Of a stretch of DNA of 64,000 bases, positions 1 to 13,180 are shown piece after piece. The notes under the pieces are model-generated. The model had not been told where the DNA came from. It saw only the letters and a list, made by a program, of their open reading frames with translations, and made no database searches. The position numbers were made by a program, and so were the translations under genes. The stretch's first letter is position 1. Each line of letters opens with the position of its first letter. Source of the stretch: the human T2T-CHM13v2.0 reference genome, Homo sapiens; assembly GCF_009914755.1 (NCBI RefSeq), contig NC_060927.1; one strand, 5' to 3'.

Positions 1-1381
1 TACATCGAAAAGACTGAAAGAGCACAAACTGACATTCTAAGGTCACACCTCAAGGAACTATAGAAACAAGAACAAACCAAACTCAAACCCAGCAGAAGAA
101 AGGAAATAACCAAGATCAAAGCAGAATTAAATGAAATTGAAACAAAAAATATACAAAAGATACATGAAACAAAAAGCTAATTCTTTGAAAATATAAATAA
201 AATTGATAGACCATTATCAAGATTAATCAAGAAAAGAGAGAAAATCCAAATAACCTCACTAAGAAACAAAACAGGAGATATTACAACTGACACTATGGAA
301 ATACAAAACATCATTCAGGTAACTATGAACACCTTTATGAATATAAACTAGAAAACCTAGAAGAGATGGATAAATTCCTAGAAAAATACAACCTCCTAGC
401 TTAAATCAGGAAGAATTAGTTACCCTGAACAGACCTATAACAAGCAGTGAGACTGAAATGGTAACTTAAAAATTACCAACAAAAAAAGGTCCAGGACCAG
501 AGGGATTCACAGCAGAATTCTACCACACATTCAAAGAATTGGTACCAATCCTTCTGACACTATTCCATAAGATAGAGAAAGAGGGAACCCTCCCTAATTC
601 ATTCTATGACGCCAGCATCGCCCTAATACCAAAACCAGGATAGGACATAATCAAAAAAGAAAACTATAGACTGAAATCCTTGATGAATATAGATGGTAAA
701 ATCCTTAACAAAATACTAGCTAACAAAATCCAACAATATATCAAAAAGACAGTCCACGATAATCAAGTGGATTTCATACCAGGGATACAGGGATGGTTTA
801 AAATACACAAGTCAATAAATGTGATATACCACATAAACAGAATTAAAAACTAAAATCAAATGATCATCACAATATATGCAGAAAAAGCATTCAACAAAAT
901 CCAGCATCCCTTTATGATTAAAACTCTCAGCAAAATTGGCATACAAGGGACATACCTCAATGTAATAAAAGCCATCTATGATAAACCCATAGAAAACATA
1001 ATACTGAGTGGGGAAAAGTTGAAAGCATTCTCTCTGAGAACTGGAACAAGACAAGGATGCCCACTCTCACCACTACTCTTCAACATAGTACTGGAAGTCC
1101 TAGCCAGAGCAGTCAGGCAAGAGAAGGAAATAAAGGGCATCCAAATCAGTAAAGAAGAAGTCAAACTGTCACCGTTTGCTGTCAATATGATCATTTACCT
1201 TGAAAACCCTAAAGACTCCTCCAGAAAGCTCCTAGAACTGATAAAAGCATTCAGCAAATTTTCTAGATACAAGATTAATGTACACAAATCAGCAGCTCTT
1301 CTATACACCAACAGCAACCAAGTGGAGAATCCAATCAAGAACTCAATTCTTTTCACAATAGCTGCAAAAAGTACAAATACT

Positions 1382-1729
<348 letters not shown>

Positions 1730-3091
1730 TTAGGAATATACCTAACCAAGAAGTTGAAAGACCTCTACAAGGAAAACTACAAAACACTGCTGGAAGAAAT
1801 CATAGATGACACAAACAAATGGAAACACATCCCATGCTCAGGGATGAGTAGAATCAATATTGTGAAAATGACCATACTTCCAAAAACAGTCTACAAATTC
1901 AATGCAATCCCCATCAAAATACCACCATCATTCTCACAGAATTAGAAAAAACAATTCTAAAATTCATATGCAACCAAAAAGGAGTCTGCATAGCCAAATC
2001 AAGACTAAGCAAAAAGAACAAATCTGGAGGCATCATACTACCTGATTTCAAACTATACTATAAGGCCATAGTCACCAAAACAGCATGGTACTGGTATAAA
2101 AATAGGCACATAGACCAATGGAACAGAATAGAGAACCCAGAAGTAAACCCAAATACTTACCAACCAATCTTCAACAAAGCAAACAAAAACATAAAGTGGG
2201 GAAAGGACACCCTTTTCAACAAATGGTGCTGGGATAATTGGCTAGCCACAAGTAGGAAAAGAAACTGGACCCTCATCTGTCACCCCATACAAAAATCAGC
2301 TCAAGATGGATTAAGGACTTAAACCTAAGACCTGGAACTATAAAAATTCTAGAAGATCCTAGATCTTCTAGAATTCTAGAAAAATCCTTCTAGAGATTGG
2401 CTTAGGCAAGGATTTAATGACCAAGAAACTAAAAGCAAATGCAATAAAAACAAAGATAAATAGCAGGGACCTAATTAAACTATAGAGCTTTTGCATGGCA
2501 AAAGGAACAGTCAGCAGAGTAAACAGACAACCCACAGAGTGGAAGAAAATCTTCACAATCTATAAATGTGACAAAGGACTAATATCTAGAATCTACAACA
2601 AACTCAAAAAAATCAGTAAGTAAAAAACAAACAATCCTATCAAAAAGTGGGCCAAAGATATGAATAGACAATTCTCAAAAGAAGATACTCAAATGACCAA
2701 CGAACATACGAAAAAATGTTCAGCATCACTAATGAGCAGGGAAATGCAAATCAAAACCAAAATGCGATACCACCTTACTCCTGCAAGAATGACCATAATC
2801 AAAAAATCAGAAAACAGTAGATATTGGCATGGATGCAGTGATCAGGGAACACTTCTTCACTGCTGGTGGGAATGTAACTAGTACAATCACTATGGAAAAT
2901 AGTGTGGAGATTCCTTAAAGAACTAAAAGTTCTTTAAGCCAGCAATCCCACTACTGGGTATCTACCCAGAGGAAAAGATATCATAATACAAAAAAGATAC
3001 TTGCCCATGCATGTTTGTAGCCACACAATTCACAATTGCATAATTGTGGAACCAACCCAAATGCCCATCAATCAAGGAGTGCATAAAGAAA

Positions 3092-3094
<3 letters not shown>

Positions 3095-3136
<42 letters not shown>
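3095..3136. repeat. (AT)21 microsatellite
   Basis: Perfect AT dinucleotide run within the L1. Confidence 0.97.
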
Positions 3137-3140
<4 letters not shown>

Positions 3141-3494
3141 AAATACTACTCAGCCATAAAAAAGGAATGAATTAACAGCATTTGCAGTGACCTGGATGAG
3201 ACTGGAGACTATTATTCTAAGTGAAGTAACTCAGGAATGGAAAACCAAACATTGTATCTTCTCACTGATATGTGGGAGCTAAGCTATAAGGATGCAAAGG
3301 CATGATAATGATAAAATGGACTTTGGGGACTTGGGGGGAAGAGTGGGAAAGGGGTGAGGAATAGAAGACTACAAATATGGTGCAGTGTATACTGCTCAGG
3401 TAATGGGTGCACCAAAATCTCACAAATCACCACTAAAGAATTGTACCCCAATAACTTATGGAAAGAAATTTAAAAAATTTAAAAAATTATGATG

Positions 3495-4300
3495 AATGGT
3501 CAAAATATCAACAGTAACAGGAGTTTGGAAGAAGTTGGTTCCAACTCTCATGGATGACTTTGAGGGTTTAAAACTTCAGTAGAAGAAGTAATTGCAAATG
3601 TAGTAGAAATAGCAAGAGAACTAAAATTAGAAGTAGACTGAAGATGTGACTGAATTGCTGCAGTCTCATCCAAAAGCTTGAATGGATGAGCAGTTGCTTC
3701 TTAGGGATGAGCAACAAAAGTGGTTTCTTGTGATGGAATCTACTCCTGGTAAAGATGCTATGAACATTGTTGAAATGGCAACAAATAATTTAGAATAGTC
3801 TATAAATTTAGTTCATAAAGCAGCAGTAGGTTTCAGGGGACTGACTCCAGTTTTTGTAAGAAGTTCTACTGTGAGTAAGATGCTATCAAACAGCATCGCA
3901 CGCTACAGAGAAACTTTTGTGAAAGACTGAATTGATTGAGCAAACTTCATTGTTATCTTATTTTACAAAATTGCTACAACCACCCCAATCTTTAGCAACC
4001 ACCAGCCTGATCAATCTGCAGCCACCTACATGGAGGCAAGACCCTCCACCAGCAAAATGATTATGTCTTGTTAAAAGTCTCAGATGATCTTTAGCACTTT
4101 TTAGCAACAAGGCATTTTTAATTATAGTATATATATTTTTAGACATAATATTATTGTGCACTTAATAGACTTAGTATAGTGTAAACATAACCTTTATGTG
4201 CATTGGAAAACCAAAAAATTCAGGTGACATGTTTAATTGTGATATTTGCTTTATTGCTGTTGGCCGGGACGGAACCTGCAATATCTGTGAGATACACCTA
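3495..4300 (+). mobile_element. Tigger1 DNA transposon, 3' portion
   Basis: Matches the recalled Tigger1 3' end (GGAGTTTGGAAGAAGTTG..CTCATGGATGACTTTGAGGG..., GCAAGACCCTCCACCAGCAAAA). Degenerate TIR followed by TA. Confidence 0.85.
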
Positions 4301-6780
4301 TATCTATCAAAGTTGCAATGAAGGTGCTTACAATCTGGTTGGAAAACATAGTTAATACTTCACAAATCCCAACAATGTATATAATTATATGCCAAATTAT
4401 ATAGTATAGACTAGTATCATAGAAGTTTTGACTAAAACCTGTGAGCAAATTTTTATATGATTAAAAATGCTATGCAACATAATAAAAGAAGGTATGTACT
4501 TAAAATCACTTTGGCAATTGTGAAGATGAGTTTTAAGTACTTTATGTTAATAATTAACTTGAAAGTAAACTACTAAAAGTTGTTCGTATAAGGACAACTA
4601 GAATGTTAGCTATGCTTTCTAGAATATTTGAGCAAAAAATAAAAAACATTGACAATTTGATTTAGATTTGCCTTTACTAACAAAATGGAAACATAAAAAT
4701 AGATTCATAGTCATCCAATAGGAAAACATAATTAAGGACCCAGAAATCATAAAGTGACAATTTCTATTCAAAATGCAGTGCATAAGAACCCATACATCGG
4801 TTCAGCGCCTGGGTGTCAGGTGCTGTCTAAATAAAAACCTGAGCAAGGGAGGGGAAAATGTCAGTGTTAATCCAGTCAAATTAGGCCAGATTTTTAGTTG
4901 ACATTATATTTGCACTTGAAAATTTAGGTTTGACTTACACACCCAAAAATTTACATTTGACCCACACTAATAGAATCCATAACATTATAGTATGTACTTG
5001 AAAAGAACACGTTTCCTGTGTTATATTTTTGTGTGATTTAATTTTCACAAATATATATCATTTCCCTTGTCTTGAAAGGAAACGATTATTTCTTTTTTAT
5101 ACAAGACAGACCTGAGACCTTTTTCCCCAATTCCAAATACTTGGTAATATCCAGTTGTTTGATTAACTGATTTGACTTTACAGACCACAGAATCAATCTA
5201 TTTTTAAAGAACTGGGGACACCTACACAGCCTAATTTCATTAGTAGGTATATCAGGTATGAAATAGTCCAGTAGGAAACGTATTCCTTTTACAGTTTTCT
5301 TTCTGTTGTTTATATCAAGGATTAAGTTTCAGTATCGTGCAAGTATGTTTTCATCATTTCTCAAATATTAGGTAATGTTCCTTTACAGCAAAGACAACAG
5401 ACCTCAGCATAAGCAGAAAACAATATCTACCTGGAATTTAATGTTGTCTTTCTTAGATTTGTATTTACTTTTACAATGGTTATCTACTTATGGCAAGTGA
5501 TACTATACTGGTTCTCATTTACAGAAATAATAACAACTTTCCTCTAAAAATGAATTTAAATTGAGTTAGTCGATGTAAAGAAAAATATCAGGAAAATTAT
5601 AGTACATATAGTTCTCAGACATAGGCAAATTTGTACCATGGTAATTCACTAGTGACTAAAGCTGGGAAAACAGAGCTAAAATAATTAACATGTTAAAATG
5701 TTTCTTCATTCAGTTATTCATATTAATTACTGGTAATATTTTCATTTGTATAATATATGAATTCCTAAGTTTTCTATTGGCAGGGAATTGCAATCTATTA
5801 TTTAATTGAAATAATTTGTAGAAAATAAATTATTGATACAATTTAGTAATAAAAGATAGAACAAGGGGATTTTTAATACAAGTAATGTAAAATAGTTTCA
5901 TTGTTATTTGTTCTAGAAGAGTTTGGAGGTACTGCTGTTATTACCATGACATGAACCTAGAAGTTCAGCTTTTAGGAGTACCATACAGGCAAGATCATAT
6001 TACAATATAGGCACTTGGCACTCTAAAATAATGGTTCCAACCCTGTATTCTGCCATAATACATGGGAAATAATGTTCACATACTAGATATATTCCTGGGG
6101 AAATGCCCTGATTTTGGCAAAATTCTCCCCTTTCTGCTTTTTCCGGAACATTTAGGCAATACAGGGCTGTAAATGTTGGTTATGCATAAGTTCCAACATG
6201 TTCCTTTCTATCCAAGAAAGCGAGACCAAATGTTAAGTAAATGAAAATACACTAATATAATCAGCTTATTTTTTTAAAAAAAATAAATCATTCACAAATT
6301 TAAGTGCTTTACCTATTTTTCATAACAAATGCTTAAGGTATAACTCGCTACTGACAGGACCAACAACGTCTCATGACACCTTGGTCCAAACGTACTACTT
6401 TATTGTTGGACTACCAGATTAATGTCACTTCTCTATACTTTAGTTAAGACAGAGATACCAAGGTAATGACTGGATTACAGCATGGTTTGCAGATGTGGTG
6501 ACCTAAGTGAATGGCACTGGCACCAGCTGTTTATAATTTGATAAAGCAACCAATCATCCAAATTGACTTGCAACACTTAAAAGGTATGAGTTTTATAGTT
6601 AATGGAAAAAACCTTCATATGAAGGTTGAGAAAAATAAAGTTCTCATTTTCTGACATGAAAGTAGAGTAACTCTCAGGTGGTAACCCAAATGTTCCCTGT
6701 GAATTAATGTGTTGTACAATATTAGCAAAACCTAACCACTCTTTTTATGTACAAAATCTAGCACTCACTGATAACAAAAT

Positions 6781-7076
<296 letters not shown>

Positions 7077-7930
7077 TGCTTTTGTGTATTCTGATACAAG
7101 TTTTAACAATATATGAATCAGCAGATTTTAAAGAATTAGATGATATAGCAAACTGTAGGGATAAGAAAGAAATGTATGTAAACTCTGCCATAATGTAAAT
7201 AGTTTGTTTAAAGGTCCAGAGATCTGATCAGTGCCACCGACATAAAATCAAGTCTTGCACTGAACTAAGTCAACATACTGTTTAGGAAAAAGAATTTCTA
7301 ATATGGATTACAACAGAACTGTCAATTGCTTACATATATATGTGTGTTCCATTCTTGCTGTTGGAACATCAATTAATAACAATCATCTTAATTTCATAAT
7401 TATATTTTGAACTTACCTTTTCAAAATAACAGGAGCAGAGCATGGTCAACATGATAGTTTCAGGCATCTTAATAAAACCATCATTTTTGGCATCTATGCT
7501 GACATTGTAATGGCCTCAAACTGTCAATAACTCATCCAAAGCAAATTTAATAAATGTGGAGACATGGGCTAACATTACAGTCAGTTTGCCTATATTCACT
7601 ATAAACATTAGCTCTACAAAAGAATGTGAATCAAGGAAGCTGAAGTGAAAATAGCATTAAACAATAATCCCAAATTAACCAATAGTAAAGTAGAACTCTA
7701 TGCTCAAGAGTTGTATGCTCACACATATGATAAAAGCATAATCATCAAACTTTTTTCTGAATTGTCTAGGTTTAGCTAATAATTTAAATGTTACTGATGG
7801 ACTTTGGTCCTCTTTCACAAAAATTAGAAACATTAACACATTCTTCCCAAACCTCTATTAGAAACTTTTATGTTTAAGGATCTATAATTTTTCAATTATT
7901 AGGGAAACAATGTGATATGTCATTTTAATC

Positions 7931-8286
<356 letters not shown>

Positions 8287-8617
8287 TTACAAAAATACCT
8301 ATGTAAAACATGGTTACTATTTTTTGTTTGTAGGTATGTACTTGAAGCATCAATAGGTCAACTGGTTAACATTCCCGCCACGGCAGAAATGCAAATTTTG
8401 GAAAAAACAGCCCATAATATTTCAACCAACAGTGAACACAGAAGGCATTTTGTTACCATCAAATCGCCAAACTAATAATGGTGAACAAACAAGGCAGAAT
8501 TCTCCGCTCTTTGTATTAAAATTACCACCCAAGCATCGTTCAGACATCTCAGGCCCAACTATAATTCTGCATTTGCCCATTGTGTGCTTAACATCAATGT
8601 GATCTAGTAAGTACTAC

Positions 8618-8758
8618 CATGATCTTTGAGATTTCGAAGAATCACAGCAGGAAGGCTATGGGACTGCCACCCTGTCACTAACTCAGCCTCTATTTCCTTA
8701 ATGTGGGCCCTGAGCATGTGGGGTGGCACTTTCAGAAGCAGGTCAAGAGGCAGCAAAG
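8618..8758 (-). CDS. NEK10: NEK10 exon H (141 nt): (A)LLPLDLLLKVPPHMLRAHIKEIEAELVTGWQSHSLPAVILRNLKDH(G); read-through past the weak donor ends GSTY* at 8604
   Basis: Acceptor tttcttcag|CT and weak donor ATG|GTAGTA. Overlaps ORF 8604..8798 and is in frame with exon G. Confidence 0.82.
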
Positions 8759-8857
8759 CTGAAGAAATAAAAGGGGGAAAGATATGAAACTGTAACATAA
8801 ATTACATTGAATTTTAGAGAGTTGTGTTTGATTTTATTGCTACCAACACTAAGTTAC

Positions 8858-8895
8858 CTGGTCTTGGTCTTGATCCTGTTCCTCCAGTGAAGTCC
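8858..8895 (-). CDS. NEK10: NEK10 exon G (38 nt): (R)DFTGGTGSRPRP
   Basis: Acceptor ttttcag|G and donor CAG|GTAACT. Phases 2 to 1, in frame. Confidence 0.88.
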
Positions 8896-9511
8896 CTGAA
8901 AATAGAATTACAGGCCATTAGAATGACCTGTTCAACTTGGATTTGACAAACTAAGAGCCTACATCTTGCTATGGTCTACATTATAAAGATTAATAGAGAT
9001 TATTTTCCCTCAAGATGCTCTCAAGAGTTTAATTAAGAGGGAAATAAATATATTGCAATAAACAGTACAATTGACATTCTACTGACAAATGACAGAATCG
9101 TCCCACCACAGTTTTTAGGCTCTAAGTATGACTAAGAGCCTAAATTTTAGGATCCTGAATAATTTTCTAGTTACACTTAAACTCAAAATATGATTTTGCA
9201 CTAAAAGGATATAAGATTTAAAATGTTATATACAGTATTTTCTATGATTTGTCCCTGCTCTATTAAAAAAACAAAAAAAAACCTTATACCTCCTCCTATA
9301 AAATGTTTTTTGCATTGAAAATAATTATCTTTCCTAAAGTTGCCAGTGTTATTAACATCCCTTGTTTGCCTTGCCCCAAAATTCTAGGTTATTTGATCAT
9401 TTTACGAGTTGGTCTCAGTGTCTTCTACTCTGTGGAGGTGGCCTTAGACCCCACCAGGGATATCTGTAAATCACCTTCAGCCTTGTTTTTTCCACTGTAC
9501 CCTAGAACCAA

Positions 9512-9809
9512 TTTTTCTTTTTTTTTTTGAGACGAGTCTAGCTCTGTCACCCAGGCTGGAGTGCAGTGACGCGATCTCAGCTCACTGAAACCTCCACCTC
9601 CCAGGTTCACGCCATTCTCCTGCCTCAGCCTCCCGAGTAGCTGGGACTACAGGTGCCCGCCACCACGCCCAGCTAATTTTCTTGTATTTTTAGTAGAGAC
9701 AGTGTTTCACCATGTTAGCCAGGATGGTCTCGATCTCCTGACGTCATGATCCACCTGCCTCAGCCTCCTAAAGTGCTGGGATTACAGGTGTGAGCCACCA
9801 CACCCGGCC
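9512..9809 (-). mobile_element. Alu (AluSc8/Y-like)
   Basis: Reverse-strand dimer; TSD TAGAACCAA at 9503-9511 and 9810-9818. Confidence 0.92.
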
Positions 9810-10544
9810 TAGAACCAAGTTTTTAATAGTTTTCTGGAATGAAATAAGAAACATCTGTGCCCTGACAAGTTGTAAGAATCATTCTTAAACTTAATGAAAT
9901 CCAACAAAAATATATCATACATGTACTAGGTATAAGGCACATGATAGGTTATTTGTTAAGTAGGAATAAATATAGGAATTCAAATACAAGTAAACATGGC
10001 TGATAATTCTCTTGTCCCAACCTTTTCGTTTTAATCATAGAATTTTTGATACATGCATGCAACACCTACCTAAGTTATTAAGCGTAACAAAATTGGCACT
10101 CATTTACCTACCACCCAACTTAAGCACTAGAATAATACCAAAATCTTTGCATCCACCTATGAGTTTCTTCCCTGTTCCTTTCCATTCCCTCTTGATCCTC
10201 ACCAGGCTAACACTCTCTTGATCTCATAATATATTCTGTTCCATTCTGAGCTCAAGTTTCCAGAGCCTTGAAAAGTAAATGGAACCTGCCAGCCTTTAAC
10301 AGTTTATATACTTTCCCTAACCTGAGATAAGGAGCATGTTTAAAAAAAGAAATGAAGCTGATCCTGCCCTCAGAAAGTTTGAAAAGAGGCATGATGACAG
10401 CAGTGCCCATGTGTAGGCAGGACAGCCCCAGGGCTGAGCTGAGGAGCAGAGCATCTGTTCCAGTTCCTTGTATGCCTGCACAAATGCCATACCCCAGCAA
10501 ATGCTTTCCGAATAACTTTGCCCCTTACCCTTCTAGATGAAGCT

Positions 10545-10825
10545 AGTACTGTCTAATGGAAACCGATTGTAAGCATCAAACATAATTTTAAGTTTTCTGG
10601 TAGCCACATTTTCAAAAAGTAAAAAGAATAAAGTGAAATAAATCTATTTTATTTAATCAAAAATATCCACAATATTATTTCAACATATACAAATTGAAAT
10701 CTTATTATTTTACATCTTAATTAATATTAAACAAAATTAAAAATTCAGTCCCTCAGTTGCACTGGCCACATTTAAGCTGCTCAAGAGTCACATGTGCCCA
10801 GTGGCCTCCATACTTAACAATGTGG
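10545..10825. mobile_element. hAT-Charlie MITE (MER33/MER3-like)
   Basis: TTTTCTGGTAGCCACATT... and CCTCAGTTGCACTGGCCACATTTAAG...CACATGTG end motifs. Confidence 0.6.
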
Positions 10826-11227
10826 TCCAGGCCCTTCCTTAAGTGTTGGTCATTGTCTTCATACATTTATTACATTCATGCCATGTAGCTGCTAAACCTG
10901 CAATACCTCCTGAATCCCACTCTCTTAAAAAGTGAATAAAAATGCAACTTGTGGCAAACTTGTATCCATCAGGTTATACATGTTCTTGAAAAGCTGATAA
11001 TCACTCACATGATGAGTTTGCAAGATGACTATTCCAGATGTCCTGAAGAATCTAACGTTTCAAACATTTTTACATATTAACAAATGTTATGCATAATGTG
11101 TGCTAGTGGGATATGTGACATAGAACACCCTGACAATGCTGAGTTGCTGCCGCTTTTGCTATTCCTTTATATAATTTTAAATTCCTCTTTAATAAACTTT
11201 AGGGAATCTTCAAAAAGAACAATTACA

Positions 11228-11345
11228 CATTCATTCATTCATTCAAGAAATATTTATTAAATGCCCACGATGTGTAGCCACCATGCTAGACACTGGAGAT
11301 GGGATGGTGAAAATAAATAGTTTCCACAGTCTTAGAATTTACAAG
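11228..11345 (-). mobile_element. L2 3'-end fragment carrying AATAAA (11253-11258) in NEK10 sense
   Basis: (CATT)n-AAGAAATATTTATTAAATGCC is the L2 terminus pattern. Confidence 0.65.
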
Positions 11346-11937
11346 ATTGCATAGAGATAGCAGAAAATAAAATGTCAATTTCTCTGGAAATTATATCACT
11401 AACCGCAAGAAAATATAGTCATCTGAAATTTCAAAATAGAACAGACTCATTGTCACCAGAAGTGACAGCTTTTAACTATGCAATTGTTGGGTTCACAGAT
11501 GGACAAATGGTTGAAATTATGCAGAGCCTGGGGGAAGTCTGCCTCTAGATTGAACCACATTGAATGTTTATGCCCAATAGAGCATTACGGCTACAGAGGG
11601 TGGTGTTCCCATCGTATCACAAGCTGGAAAATATACCAAAGTGGTTTCACACAGAGAACATTCCAGAAATAGTTTCTGGTGAAGAGGCTTAACATATTAC
11701 TGTTTGTGTTCTCTGAAAATTTTGAAATGGGCATTGACCAACAGCACTTCAGGCCAATGGAAGAATTTCAGAAAAATAGAAGGCTGAAAGAATTCTAAAA
11801 GGCCATCCCTTCCAGCTCTCTTCAGACCTAGTGTGACCTCATCTGGAATTAATAAGGCAAAAGAGAAACTGAAGTGCTGAAAATGAGTGTTAGCCTACAA
11901 TTTCCACCCCAAAACACTAACAGATAAAGTGAATAAT

Positions 11938-12097
11938 CTAGGAATTAGCATCGTAATTTTTTAAATAGACTTTTCGCTGAATTAAGTCAAGAGCACGGTG
12001 AATTATTTGGATAATAATTTTGCCAGCAGAGTCCTGGCCAAGAAGAAGATGAAGCCCTAGAATATCATCTCTCATAAGAATTCCTTGAAATATGTAT
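11938..12097 (-). CDS. Candidate alternative terminal coding exon (52 codons then TAG), in frame after exon F
   Basis: Acceptor ttttctttgttcag|A and open frame (ORF 11938..12126) matching the phase-2 donor of exon F. No transcript evidence available. Confidence 0.3.
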
Positions 12098-12535
12098 CTG
12101 AACAAAGAAAACATTTTCAAATACATTATAAGTGTATTCCATCATTTAATTCAATTGTGAAAAGTATCAATGCTATTTGATATTGATAAAAATAATTAAA
12201 CCTTATGAAATGAGAGGTTTGGCTTACAATAGTAAGGTAATGCCTTCCGAAACTACTGCAGCCACACCATGTGAGCTAATGAGCATTTTATAGCTGAAGC
12301 TCTCTTTCAGGCAGTGACATTCATAAATATGTCCTGTGTGAATAAGCAACATTATGTAGCTTTGAGCTCTCCTATTTATCTATAATGTTAATAGAGTTGG
12401 TATCATGACAACAAAGTAGTATAATGCTCCTGTGGCTATCCCCTCCTACTCCAATAACAGCTAGAAACAAATGAGCAATAAACCAGGAAAGTATAGAACT
12501 ATTACAGAAAAGAAACAAAGTGGTCTTACTATGTG

Positions 12536-12567
12536 TTTTTTTGTTTGTTTGTTTGTTTGTTTGTTTT
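12536..12567. repeat. (GTTT)n microsatellite
   Basis: Seen directly. Confidence 0.9.
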
Positions 12568-12831
12568 AAGGCTGTTGGAGTGAGACATTAGCAGATGGGC
12601 CAGGTTGATTCTAGCAAGGAGTAATCATGCAGTATTTATTCAACCAAAGTAAAACCAGATACAGATTATGAAAAAGATGGAGGGAGAAGAGCTATAAGTA
12701 AAAATAAGCAAGACTTCCGCTTTTAAGAGGCAAGATCCACAGGTCCTGAAAATACACGAGGTCTTTCCAGTCACAAATATGAAGCTGAATTGTCACAAAC
12801 ATCCACAATCATCTTCACATATAAAGACTTA

Positions 12832-13180
<349 letters not shown>

